DNA of 64,000 bases, taken from the NCBI GenBank assembly GCA_973895155.1, contig OZ316893.1:1674860-1738859 (forward strand), read 5' to 3'. The notes beneath the pieces are model-generated. The model saw nothing but the letters and a program-made list of their open reading frames with translations. It did not search any database and was not told where the DNA came from. The stretch comes from Marsupella aquatica (lineage: Eukaryota > Plantae > Marchantiophyta). Below, one piece after another: positions 1-13,100 of this stretch (positions within the stretch are counted from its first letter, which is position 1; the number at the start of each line of letters is the position of its first letter). The translations under genes were made by a program, and so were the position numbers.

Positions 1-2140
1 TGACATTTTTCTCTTACTTGTTTTGCTTTCATTTGGGTCCAAGGCATCGTCCTTGATTTTTGAATTGTTTAGCAAACCTGTCTGTCACATCATAGTATAT
101 GAGAAGGAAATCAATTTTGCCTCTAATATTTCATTTGTTAAAAGTAACCATGATTTTTTCACGGAGAATTTGAAACAGCAGGACCTGAAAGGATACACAC
201 CACTTTCCGACGAACTCCTGGGAATCTTGCCAACTTTGTCAAGAGATTTATGAAATGATGCTTGGCCATACTGAAACAAATAGGTCCATTCCTCCATGAG
301 GACCATTGTAAAAAGCATCCCTGCTTCAAGTGCTGTCAACTGCCTGCCGGAAAGGATCCATGCATCATCATTTCTTTGAAATCAGAAATAGGCCTTGCAG
401 GAGATTCTATCTTCGTCTACTGCACTATGAATAATTGTGAATAGACTCTAAGTATGCACCTAAGAAGAAACTCACAGTTTGATCCGCTTGATCAATCAGA
501 AATACAGTTGTGGAATCATGTAAAGCAGACGTCAGTCTTGATCTATTTTTTTGGTCTATAACATTAGTGTTCCATGGATTTTTGACCTTGTAACTTAGGA
601 CCAACAAGAAAATTTAAACGCTTTCAACTGAGTCTACAGAATTTGAATCTTGTTAAATTTTCCCAGGCAAGACACCAGTTGTGGATCCTTTGTTTGAAAA
701 CGTTTCTTTTGGATCCTGTGTTTGAAACCGCTGAATCAATGTACCTGTGCACAATTTCTTTGCTGTTTCTTTTCTTCAATAGCAGTCTTCCAAAGCTCAT
801 GATGATTTTCTTGGTTACATTTGAGTTGTTTTTTAGAGCAGTACAACGCAAAAGTAGAGCCAAATCTCTGAGTGTTGCATGGTTTGTTGACGGTAACTCC
901 CCCAACAGCAGTCGAAAAATATATATTTGTGAGTACCTGCTCGATATTGCTACAATCGAACAAATAGTTTAGGGTTGACATTAAAAACATGGAATTTGAC
1001 AGAAATAGAGGTTTGAGATTCTTAACATTAAAGCTGAGTACAACGCACAAAATGTATTGCCCTGTACTCAACGAGGTTGAGTGCTGCTGAGTACGGTCTA
1101 GTAAGTTTACACGAATCCGATTGACGTAGACCATTTAATTAGAGATTGCATCTGAACCAGGTGCATGAATTACTATTTTTTAGATGCGTAAGTCTTCAAC
1201 CCTTAACATTCAATAAGCCATGCATACCTGCAGCTGCCACAAAGCGGTCATGAAGTTCATTTGTCAAGAGCGAACCATTCAATTCTCTGAGGTGCAGTAA
1301 TAACCCTGCTCCTAGAACATGGAGATCCATTTCCCTCCAATGGCCTTGGGCCTCACCTGCATGCAGTGAAGGAGATCGCCCAGAACTCTTAAACATTTAG
1401 CCATACGTACACTCTTCTAAACTATCCATACCAGAAGATTGTCACTCCCATCGAACCAAAATCGAGAACAAAAATTCGATAAGAAAACGTTTGGTGGTGC
1501 TCACGTGCGAAATTTGTTGTTGATATTGACATACTGAGAGTGAGGAAGCTCCAACATCATGTTATTTTGAGCTTTATATGTTATATGTTGTCTGAGTTCT
1601 AGATCTTCAGAAATTATATTAAAGGGATTCAAAATTGGATTAGAAATTGAACTCAACTGAAGTTGCAATATATTAAAGATATCTACAAAATGAGTTATGA
1701 TGAGATCTGTTGACAGTCGCGATGGTTCTAGTTCCCTGAGTGCATTTCCAAAAGGCTAGCAAATCATTTACCTTTACCAGTAGAAATTGACTTCCAAGCT
1801 GCCTCAGCCAACTCATTTGGAACTGGAATGGTAAACAAACCCTCCAAAGTTGAGGCTGTCATGAACATAACAGAGTTCCCTTAAGAACCACCTCAAAGAA
1901 CAATCGCAAAAGTTAAGTCACTAAGAACGTCTCCAAAGCCTGTGATGAATGTCCCCAAGTGACAAAGCTCAAAAGCATTCTATATATAAAGACAGCTTGA
2001 CTTAGATGATACTTGGTGATACCATATTGTAGTAAGATATGTATCGCTCTTTGCATGGGGTTCCAAGCTGAGCTTTGCCCGATTGGCTTCTTTGTTGTCA
2101 TAGGGCTTTTGAAACTTCGAGTGGCCTGCTCTTCATCCAT
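1..2140 (-). CDS. Multi-exon RhoGAP-domain protein, 3' end outside window; arginine finger replaced by Thr
   Basis: ATG at 2140 with an in-frame TGA two codons upstream. Phase-compatible GT-AG exons 2140-2023, 1855-1772 (or 1778) and 1356-1228 join to ...NPMQRAIHILLQY-ASTLEGLFTIPVPNELAEAAWKSISTGK-GEAQGHWREMDLHVLGAGLLLHLRELNGSLLTNELHDRFVAAA. Later exons give LLGELPSTNHATLRDLALLL...IIMSFGRLLL (~935-740) and TVFLIDQADQT (~588-477). These follow the RhoGAP motif order (EGIFR / DVHxVAxLLKxxLRELPxPLL / LPxxNxxxL / LAxxFGPxLL / FLIxxxxxIF). Downstream exon boundaries are uncertain. Confidence 0.75.
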
Positions 2141-3492
2141 CGATCAGAAATAATTGCTTACTATTGTTTCGTAGGGTACACATCCGTTAGAGAATTGTTG
2201 CCTTCCTTGTAGGTCTTCGTGTCATACCTAGCTTGCATAAAAGGGAAAGACCCCACATTGCTTTATTTCGTCGTCCAGGAGATGAATGAATTGTAAATGA
2301 AGTGCAAAGAAGAGTGAAAAGGAAGAGCACGTGTTGCATCCATATAAAAACTTTGTAACAACTTCCGTTTCCAATTCAACAAGTTGAGATGTTCTCTTGT
2401 TATATTTGTAGGTTTTGCTAGGCCAACGAGTTTGGCGTGTCTCATATAATTCTGAATTTTGCCAATCAGATCAAAATATCGTTCCGGCTGAGATAAGCTT
2501 TAACCCAAAACCGATGAGCTTAACCCTTAAGGGAGGGCTTGGTCTAAAATACAAATAATTGGTATGCAATTGTTACGAGAGCCATGTCTTGTATCGTGCA
2601 AAACAAGAGCCCATTCACAACATCACTGGTCGGGTTTTTTAACAGCAAACACGCCCGCGCAAGCATCACTTTACATTCAAACAATGTAGGTTTCTGGGTC
2701 GTCTCAATTTGACCAGGGATAATATTGTTTGATTAGGTACCAGGACTAACGACTTTCAACCAGTGACAAGTTTGTCATCGAATGAATGAACTTAATGCGT
2801 TATGATCTTTCTTTGTCCTATGTAACCATTGAAAGCGTCCTTGATTGACTTTACGATTATTAAAAACCTACGCTGCTTGATTTGTTGTTTTTCTTTCTCC
2901 ATAGTTGAGTTCTGCCCATATTATGACAAGCCATGACGTACAACTTACTTGCTTCCAACTCTTTCGTGGAACCTCTACTGGAATGGAAAGAGACATCTCG
3001 AAAAATAGTGCTTGAGCTTTCCATTCCAACCAAATGCAAGCAGTCAAAAACCTTAATGATATTGGGTGCTTATTGCATGGAAACTAGTAACTACATGCCG
3101 GTTAGAACGACGAATTTAAGCAAGGTTTCATCATTGTGACTGCTTGGCCTTGTCTGTGTTTCTTCAAACATAAGACATTGCGAAGAATCAAAGGAGGATT
3201 GTTGAGAAACGTTAGATCATGTCAAAAGTGGCTTTCTGTCATACCATTGTTTTGCGTATTCGTTTGGTCAGCCCTCAAATGCAATTCCTTCGAAGATTAC
3301 CAACACTTCTTCTGGAGGCACTTCATTGTGAGTAATGTTCCATCGACGTCCAGAGACAGCGTGCCCTTCTACCATAAACCCAAGTTTCCCCTAAAGATGG
3401 TACAAGAGCTGTCCTGGAATTGTATGGAACAAGTTACCTTCAGAGCCTCTTCAACAATGATGTCTTGTTGTAGTTGATGTCTTGTTGTAGTA

Positions 3493-3921
3493 GGGCATCT
3501 CAAAGCTTGGGGTTAGCAAGATAAAGTACTCCCATGACTCAAGTATTATGGGAACTCCTGTAAAAGTTATGGGAGCTGGGACCATAAGGGAAAGCCTGCA
3601 GGCTCAACATTTAACCCGTAACTTTCCCGCAACTTTAGATGGAAATCCAGAACTCCAAAACTCTGGGAAGCCGTGACTGAAGGCACATGAGATTTGCCCC
3701 TGACGTGGTGGTCGCTGCTGCATTTGAGGTGGCAACTGATCAAGAATTGAGGAAAAAGAATATATGCTATGAGATAGGTGAGGCCATAACTCCTGCCTTA
3801 TGGGGCGGGTCAATGTTATTTCCCCCCATTTTTAAAATTCTATAACTGGGTCCCATAACCATAGTTATGGGATATACCACCAATTCGTAACTCTCACTAA
3901 TAACCCAGCTTTGAGATGCCC
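3493..3921. mobile_element. MITE with ~21-bp terminal inverted repeats (PIF/Harbinger Tourist-like termini)
   Basis: Left end GGGCATCTCAAAGCTTGGGGTTA; right end TAACCCAGCTTTGAGATGCCC (reverse complement GGGCATCTCAAAGCTGGGTTA). TA on both flanks and no coding capacity. Confidence 0.8.
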
Positions 3922-4405
3922 TAGTAAATGATTATCGTCATTGGGGGTAAATAGTGCACCATGTTTGAGCTAACTACCGTCAGCTACTACGAGAGCTACT
4001 AAACCTTTAGGATATAAATTAAAGTAGGGGGTTAGAAATATAACCCACAGGTAATCAGGGAAGCCAGCTTTAAGTCTGGAGGGATGTGGCCTAAAATTGT
4101 GCGCACTCATGAGCTTAGCCTGCACACTTGTGTTGCAAGAGGTTACTGTTTATGGGGCCCCCCAAAATGAACACAATATGTTTGTGCACCTGTCAAACTC
4201 ACTCGCAGGCCACATTAGGGGCACAGTACTAGGGGGTGTCAAATATACCCCAGGCACCCTACTAATAAGTATGTCCTTCCAAGGTGGGGCAGGAAGAGGG
4301 TGAAACCTTGCAGGTCACATTAGCACCTGTTCTGCAAGAGTTGTAAACGAGACCTGTAACAGCCCACAACATTACAACAAGTTCTAATTACTTTGCCATT
4401 AACGA

Positions 4406-5147
4406 TGTTCAAATTGATAATACTGTCATGTTTTTTTTTGTATTTACAAATATACCATGGTTTTGTATCAAGACTACAAGTTCATGTAAGAAACCGTCGG
4501 CTCATGTACTAGACAGCAATGTGGAACATGAAAACACTTAATCTCACACTACACCAACAAGACACCACAATGGAGAAACTCCTGAAGGATCCATAGCTCA
4601 TGAGAAGTACATGTGAAGAATGAGGAAGAGAGTCCTCTCCCCCCAACCTATACCCCCCAAGGGGGCCAAGATGTGTGGGTGTAATCTAAGCGGATCTTAT
4701 CCTAATGTAATCTAAGGTAACTAACCCTAATAAGGCCAAACAAACTAAGTTGGGAACTCGAGTCAATTCCTAACAGTTCAACAAAGTAATAAAGGTGAGA
4801 ATATATGAAAACTGTGGTATACTAATACAATAACAGTACTGTGAATTAATGACAAGGTACTTAAAAAGCTGAACATTACCATTAAGGGTTGGGTCAAAGT
4901 TGATCCCTCAGTTTTATTTGTTCAAATTGATAATACTGTCATGTTTTTTTTTGTTTGCAAATATACCATGGTTTTGTATCAAGACTACAAGTGCAACAAA
5001 GTAATAAAGGTGAGAATATATGAAAACTGTGGTATACTTGTAAATACAATAACAACAATGACAGTACTGTGAATTAATGACAAGGTACTTAAAAAGCTGA
5101 ACATTACAATTAAGGGTTGGGTCAAAGTTGGATCCTCAGTTTTATTT
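4406..5147. repeat. Tandem duplication of a ~220-230 bp unit; first copy interrupted by a solo LTR
   Basis: TGTTCAAATTGATAATACTGTCATG...GACTACAAGT at 4406 and 4919; CAACAAAGTAATAAAGGTGAGAATATATG...GGGTTGGGTCAAAGTTG at ~4779-4902 and ~4994-5130. Confidence 0.9.
4485..4775. mobile_element. Solo LTR (291 bp), family unrelated to the other LTRs in the window
   Basis: Termini TGTAAGAAA...TTCCTAACA; 5-bp TSD GTTCA at 4480-4484 and 4776-4780; absent from the neighbouring duplicate copy. Confidence 0.85.
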
Positions 5148-5379
5148 CTCCCTTTCAGAAGAACACTTTGGGGTCTCCCATTCAGAAGTATTTGCAGCCC
5201 CTCATTATGCACCAAGAGCTCAACTATGCACATGAAATATACAAAATTCATCACAGTTGTTTAGTCCAAATTTCACACACGAAAGCTCCCAGTTATTTTG
5301 ATCTTGCTATATGAACTTTCAGTATTTTGTCTTATTCAAACTTCTTTTGCTATGTATTTTTATTTCAATGTGTCTTACC

Positions 5380-5500
5380 AACGTGCATCCCTTGTATAAT
5401 TTAGATTATGGATTTATTCTGGCACCCCTCTAAAATTTTTAAACTTTGCTATATCTAACATCACCCACCCTTTAACTAAGCTTATGGAATTTCTAGCCCT
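5380..5500. repeat. Dispersed degenerate repeat, second copy at ~52520-52675
   Basis: CTTGTATAATTTAGA...TGGCACCCCTCTAA...CCCTTTAAC...TTATGGAATTTCTA occur in the same order at both sites. Confidence 0.65.
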
Positions 5501-7149
5501 TATTCTCATCAGTGAAAAAACAAATGATCTAAGTAAAGTGCACTCTTTGTGTCTTTAAGTTCTACTCATGGTTTTGTGTCCTAAATTTATGGTTTTAATT
5601 AATTTGAGTGTCATTAACTAAGGTAAGTACATAAGTATCTCTACTGGTGTACATAGATGAACTTTTTACTGCTCATTATTACTTTTCTTTTCTTGTGTAA
5701 GTTGACTCTTGTGTCCTAGTTGTAACTTAAGTTTGCCACAAAAAAATCAGATCACCTTGTATATCACAAACAAACAAAAAATGAAGCATATTCCAAACGT
5801 CACACACGAAAGCTCCGTACCCACAAATTGCAAACAAATGCACCAGAAACAGAAATTATCTATTCACGGAGAGTGTAATTAATTATGATTAACAATCTCT
5901 GGTTAACCTAGCCAAGGTCGAATGCATTACTAACAATATTACTCATTAGTGCTCCTGATTTACACCTCTCCACCTTTACCAACCGTGGTTTTGTATGTAG
6001 AGATACGCACCTTTCACGTGATAGGAGTGCTGAATCTCAATCTGCTTCGGACAATCCTATCAAGAATGCTGCAAAAATCAGCAGGGAATTGCAAATTTGC
6101 AAGGTCTTGGAGGAGGCAGATAATCGGCCGGGGAGCAGGGAAGAAAACTGCGCAGCAAAAAGAGGAGTGGCTCGTGGGGTATGTAGCTGAATTGTTCTCA
6201 GTCCATGGCATTCTGCTGGATGGATTTTGTCTCCGATGTTTCCTGCTAGCAAATAGGATCTTCTAGCTCCTGCTCTGTTGCTGCGTACTGCATTGATGAG
6301 GTTTGAGGACTGTCATTGCGGAGAGAGAGCAGAGGGGGGGGGGGGTGGGTGGGGAGGAGGGTGATTTCCATTTCTCACCAATGGAGTTTGGTCCATCTTT
6401 TCTTGTTATGTTAATTGTCAACTGATCAGGTTTCCTGGAGTGCTTTTGTATTGTCGCGGTTGGCTACTCTGTTCTCGTTTTTTGGCCTTACAGACGAGAT
6501 TTGATGTGGCTAGATTGGTCCATTTTGTTTTTTAGAGAGACTATTTCATTCCAGGTGCTGTGTGTCCTCATTGTAGTTTACCGCCTCGCACCTAGGAACC
6601 CAGGATCGGGTGCATTAAGGGCCTTGCACTTCAAGGATTGCTTTTGGGTTATTGACATCAAAGGGGCAGGAGTTGTGTGAAGGGAATTTGTGTTTGATTA
6701 ACGAGCAGATTTCAATTTCGAATCTTGGAAACGAAGTTCAGAGGTGGGACCTGTTGATTTTGTGTGATAAATGTGAAATTGGAAAGAAAGAGTTGAAGAC
6801 AGGGTATTGAAGATGCGAACTCTCACATCTCTGTCTGTGCCCGGATGGGTTTGTCGAGCATTCGGTGATCTTTGAATTTGACGTACTATTATTTCTGCAA
6901 TAATGGCTGGCTCCTGCAGTTCACTTAAACGTCTCTGCGGCAATCGGGATTCCCGGTTATCATGGTCTAACAAGCAACTGAATCTTCCCAAGTCTGGCCC
7001 GTGCGATTTCTCCCGACGTTACGGACAAGGGCCCTGCGGACGGACGGAAGGACAACACTTTTGTCAGGGAGAGCCAGCCCTCGCTTCACTCGGGAATAAT
7101 GATTTTATTATCAAGTTAGGTCCTGGTTCGATCGAGTAAACGACATGCC

Positions 7150-9196
7150 ACTTGGAGCACACTTTTGGCATACATTTGGATCCGTTCGATGAGCAATGGG
7201 TTGTACAACTGAAGACTTCCGCCTATTTATGGCCTGGTGGGTTGCCTCTTCGTTGCCTCCCGAATTTTCTCTCTTGATGAGATCAATGATTGAAACAATG
7301 GCCTGAATTCCAGTTCATGAGCCTGGCAGAGCTGGAATTTGTCGGCGGAGTGGGACTTTTGCCTCATTTCTTCCGTTTGAACCAATGTGCTGTTCATAAC
7401 ACAGCATGTGCATTTGCAGCGTGATCAGTCTTGAAGATTTGCAGAAGCTGGGCAGCCAATCATTGGTGGACTTTCAACTCAACCTTGGTGAGCGCTCCAA
7501 TACTAAACCCTAGACCCCTGCTCCATGTCATTACCCTTCAAATTTTTGTTATTTTGAGCCTTAAAGGCTTGCAAGCTGAACAAATTCCGTCTCGGACCTC
7601 TTACCGTTCTAACAAGCTGTGATCTATCCCTGATCTTTTACATGTGAGCTATGTTCTCGCAATTTTATGATTTTGGACCTTCTAGCAAGATGTTCATGAA
7701 AGTGTCTGTCGTCCTAAAAGTACTGTACTCCGATCGTTCAATTGTAAGCTTTAATTTTCTTTGTGTTGTTGTTGGGCTACTTGTGGTGATACTGTGCTGC
7801 GTAGAGATCTTTCGGCGGGAACCACTCCAGGGAAAATCAGGTTTAATCACCCAGTTGTTGGAAGTTGCCCCTAGTGCACGCTTCACAAGGTACCTTGAGG
7901 CTGGTGGTTTGCATGAAGATTCTGCTCGGCATGTGGTTGTTAAGTGTAAGTTTTTTTACACCTATCTTATCGGGATTTGGAATTTGAGGAAATTGTTGTT
8001 TCAGTGATGTAGTCCTAAATTCCATATTGATTAGTGGTTATGGTGCTCTTTGCCAGTAGACTCTGCCTTAAAAGGACTCCGGACCCATATGAAGAAAGGT
8101 ATGCAGGAGCAATCCAAGATTTGCTGGCATAGAAAATAGGTTGTTACCGCAAATATGTGTATGCAGATCGATGCATTAAATCTATGTGATTCATGGAAAG
8201 CTGCAAAGAAAATTCTTGTCGTAGGCGTTCCTTTTTTCTGTGCACAAATGTTTTTCTTAAATTGAGGCCTAATCATTGTGAAAGGAAGAACTCAAAGTCT
8301 TCGTGCATTCTATACCTTTGCAGCACAGGCCCTGCTGGTGGAATTGGAGATATCAGTGAAGAAGAACAGCGACTTGGTGTTGGCAGCACTTTGCACGGAC
8401 CTGGAAAACGTAGAAATCTCACCTTTTGGAACAGATCATGAAGAAGATTTTGAAGCACACCAACAGGTATTACCTGAAGTTTAACAGGTATGAGGAAGAT
8501 GCACAATGGTGTTCTATGGTCTCTGTTATTGACAATCAATTTGGCCATGCAGTCAGCGCAACCAAGATCTGTTCAAACGAGACCACAAGCATCAGACTAT
8601 GTGCATATTATGTCATTGATCTTGGCTATGCTGGTGGAGGACTTCCAGATGCAGGTTCGAATGACTTGCCATCTTTAGTACTTTGTATTCATGTGGATGC
8701 AGTTGTGCGGAACTTACCACTCATAGTTGCCGGGACGACAGGACAATGGACGTCAGGACCTTTCACAAATTGGCCAGCAAGCACTATGCAATGCGGGTTT
8801 ATGCAAAGCATGAAGAGCCACTTGTTTTTAATCTGGAATTAAAACCAATCATATGAGCATGTTGTCCTTCTTTTCATTTTGATGTGGTATTTCCACTTCA
8901 ATGAAAGCTTCTCTACAGTACTTCTCGGCGAAGTAAAGTAGATGGTCCTGCACCCATTCCAACCGTTGGGTACGGATTCAAGTAAGATTGCTGTGATGGA
9001 TATTGTGGTTGTAGACATGGATCTCTTGTTTGTTCCTGATAAAAATATTGTCTGAGAAATCGTGCAGGAAAAGATTGTCAATGCCTTGGGGCTTGATACA
9101 AAAACGGAGGCTCTTCAATCGTATTCCCTGATGTGGACTCTACAACCGTGTGTAGACAATCGCGTGATTGAACAGGCACTCAGTTGGATTAAATGA
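7150..9196 (+). pseudogene. Decayed coding remnant resembling the plant At1g05950-like (PTHR33913) family
   Basis: Fragments in shifting frames with stops: LKQWPEFQFMSL; ANMCMQIDA..SWKAAKKILV; IHVDAVVRNLPLIVAGTTGQWTSGP; and C-terminal EIVQEKIVNALGLDTKTEALQSYSLMWTLQPCVDNRVIEQALSWIK* (stop ~9196). The last recalls the family C-terminus (EKIVxxL...LESYCLMWxLRPYIDD). Resemblance is from memory only and the 5' limit is unclear. Confidence 0.4.
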
Positions 9197-9942
9197 TTGG
9201 GGTTCACCTTTACAATTGCAGATTGAGTTATTTTCTGCTGAGTTTGATAGCAATATTAATCTTTGTATTGAACAATCGCCCCAAAGACACGTCACAGGGA
9301 ATCAACTGTTATTGCCTTGATGCAGAAATGAAAGGATTTATCCATTAGCTGTCCTACAGCACAGGCCCAGTACCAAGCTTATGGAATGCTTGAATGCTCG
9401 TTGCAAATTGGTGTCTATCTAGTCTGTTGATTAATTCCAAAACGGCCATCTGTCTTTCTCAAACTCTATATAGTGACATTGCAAGCAATACCTTTTATGT
9501 TTTCACAAGCACAATGCTTCTTCAGGTCATATACCATGTTTGAAGAGGAATATCTAGAGGGTTTAAAGGAAAGATTTCTGTAATACTCAGCATACATAAA
9601 AACATACATCATACCCAATTGCTGTTAGTCGACTTTGTTAAAGTATTTGTGAGTGATGGGGTGCCCGTGAATCCTACTCTGTAGATAGAAATTCAGTAGA
9701 GCCTTTTTGCCCTGGTGGGAGCTTCGTGTGGATCCTATGGACTCACTTTGTGCCTTCAGTTCGCCTCCCTTGCCCCAGGCCATTCCCATGAAGGTGTGGT
9801 TTGCTATGAAGGATTACATATCGATTGAGTATACACATATGCACCAGAAGTGCAGGAAGTGCATCTCCAACCCAACTGGGTTTTGCTACTGTAACTGGGT
9901 GTTGACCAAACATAAGGAAAATCTGAAAGGGCAGGTCCAACC

Positions 9943-10192
9943 CACTCATTGTAATGGTATCTGGGGTTTTTTTGATACTGGATCAGTATATGGGAGAGAA
10001 TACTATACAATAGTTGACTCCTTATTGGGTTTGTTGTTGGGTTTTCAAGATCTCTATCTAAGCATAACTCACTCATTGTAATGCTATCTGGGGTTTTTTT
10101 TATACTGGATCAGTATATGGGAGAGAATACTATACAATAGTTGACTCCTTATTGGGTTTGTTGTTGGGTTTTCAAGATCTCTATCTAAGCAT
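9943..10192. repeat. Near-perfect tandem duplication, 127-bp period
   Basis: CACTCATTGTAATG(G/C)TATCTGGGG...GATCTCTATCTAAGCAT begins at 9943 and again at 10070. Confidence 0.95.
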
Positions 10193-13100
10193 TCAGATCT
10201 TGATAGCTGCTCTTTAGGGTAGATTACCCCATCAGGGTTGAGGTTGTTTTTCAGTTGGCCCCTAAAGACATGTACAGTGAACTAAATATAGGACGCTGTC
10301 AGACTGGGTATTTGTATGTACCCAATAAGCAAAACCCCAATGGGTTGGAGCTGCTGTAAGGCATACCCAAAGATAGTGGCTTTGCTCAAATGGGAAATTC
10401 GTGTCAGATGGACACATCTACCTGGATGGTATTGATCTGCCAGCCCTGCACCCTTTGTAAGTGAGTTGAAATAGGACACTGAAGGTATTACCTTGCTGGC
10501 ACTCCTGCTCAATGTGGCATGAACAGAGTGGTTTTGGTCCTATTTTGTTGGTTTCCTTTTAGTTGTGGTGGACTGTTGTTTGTAGCCAGGGTGCTCCTTG
10601 ATGGGCTTGGGTGTTGGTGCCCCCCTTGTGCTTGTCCTTTAGAACACCACTAGCCATGACCTGGATCCACCAAGTTTCACCATAAATAATACCATTTTCC
10701 TGGAATTGTGGAGCACAATGACAAATAGAGGAGAAAAATGAGTGGAATGTGAAAAAGGGAGAAATCTTGGACACTTCCCCCTTTTACATGCTAGTGGTGG
10801 CTTAAGTATGTCAACCTGTTGGCTGGAACACAGGTTCTCCTTGGAACCTGTCCGCCATGGGTTTTTGAAAGGGAGAGAAGAAAAATGGTGAGGGCGACCG
10901 TTTTCAGACTGCCCTCATGCTCCAGAAGCACATGGTAGTGTCAACAAGCCTTGTATAATACTGTAAATTCTCTCCTGCAACTCAGTTTGTGGTGCATGGT
11001 TGCAGAGTATTCTTTCCTCTAATCCTCATGTGGGTTGTGGAGGCCTTACAGAGAAAATAAATGAAGCCATATTATGGTGTCTCAAAAATGTGAATGATGA
11101 CTCTTGGCCATAAACAAATGGCCATAGCCTTTTCACAGGGTTTTGAGTTGTTCATTTCACTAGCCCCTAGAGTGACTTATGGTCATGGCATGCGACCAAT
11201 CTTTATGGCAAAAATATCTGGATTATGAATGTGGTAGTCTATAACTTTTTCTGTTGGTAACCTTAACTACTAAGTTCAGGTCCAGCCTACGGAAATGACC
11301 AAAATCCATGATCACGAAGATAGTGTGTCCATTTGCTGTTTGGGATATTATGGCTTATTGGGTACAACATTACACTGAACTATTAGCATCTTCAAAGGCT
11401 TATTTATGTACCCCCACGAGAAGTGCATCCAATTTGCTGGCTCCATCTGCAGCCACGTTGGCATTTTCCGGAAAAGTAACAGTGATGTCTATGGTTGCAA
11501 CAATTAAAAACATGGCTGTCTGTGTTGGATTGAGGCCACCAAAAATGGTTAGACCTGGAAATGCTAAAACAAATTCTTGTAACAATAAATAATATGATTA
11601 AAAATAATCACATGAATAAGCCATTGAATCAATGAGATAAACAGATGAGATTAGTGTTGGTGATCAGTGATGATGTGCACATTGAACTGACAATATGTTC
11701 AATTTGCCAGGTATTCTTTGTTAACTTTGATGTTGCTATTTCTGTGTTACTGGGGTATGTCATCATACTAAGTTGCATGAAATAGAAATTTCAAGAAAAA
11801 GGAGTTTCCCAGGACTTTCCAATGATCCTTGTTGACCAATGAGATGAAAGAGAAGGGAAAAGAAAAAGTGGGGTGGGAGTTGGGGAGAGAAAAAGGAAGG
11901 AAAGGCTGCTACTAATATAAATGATTTGGCAGATTCATTTGTATCTGGACACATATCATTAATTGAGGGCAGCTGAATGGATCATGAGTGAAAGGATGTG
12001 CAAGAGGTAAACCATAGCAAGCAGCTTTTTCTGTGACATTCTGACACCACTGTGAGTCAATGCAAAAATGAATCATCACCAGACCCAATATACTAATATA
12101 GAGATATATGCTTGATGGGCTCCGTGTAGGTGTTATGACAAAGTTTTTCAACTGATATGTTGGAGAAACCCTCTGTCATATCCATTGCTAGTGGCTGAGC
12201 AATTTCTGTATATAGTGTTCATTACTTCAAAAAGTTTTCACCACAAGTCCAACATGGGGTCCCGACTAACTAATTTTTATATTTAATGAGGTTGATTTCC
12301 AAGGCATAAAATTACAAACTTCTCCACTGAGAAAACCAGGTTGCCTAAACTATGCATAGCAAACAGCCAGAGTAGCCACTTAAGAGTTGAAAGAAGATTT
12401 ATTAGTTTCTTATCTAAGGATTGAAGATGCAATTCTTAGGTGTCATAGTACTTCTTAAGACTTAGTGGTATCATTGTCATTTTGATATTAAATTAATCTC
12501 AATTGCTATCAAGGTAGTAGTCTCCCTTTGAGGGTCAATTTTCTACTTATTGTCCAAGGTTGGTTTGCATACTTTTGACTAAAAATCTTTTTTAAGACAT
12601 CACTAGCACTTTGCATGACCTGGTTTTTTTGGTCCATTTTCTTGATATTGATAGGGACAAACCCCATGTTTCCGTTTGTTCAGGTGGTTTTTGCCCTTGT
12701 TCTTGGAATTGTTAGGCCAAACAACAATAAATTAAACTTTTGCTTTTGAATTGATCTTTCAAAGAGTCTGTTTACATAGAACCCACGGGAGAACCCAATG
12801 GAGGATCTTGCATGATTGAAAATACCCTTTAGCCAAAAAAATGGGCACACTTGAGATTTCCATCTTGTTTGTAATTTAAATCTCAAAGTCTCAATGGTTA
12901 TTTGGCATTACATATAATTATAGTAATTCAGAAGAAGAAGATTTTAAGAGCTCTCTTAGAGTGAAATTCACCAAAATAATAAATATTTTCTATGCTTGCT
13001 TTGGCAATTGGGGAAATTCGCAAAAAATTGAAACAAGGAATTTATTTTGCCTTGTCAAGGAAAGATGTCCATGAAGCAAATAGTAAAATCCCTCTTTCAC

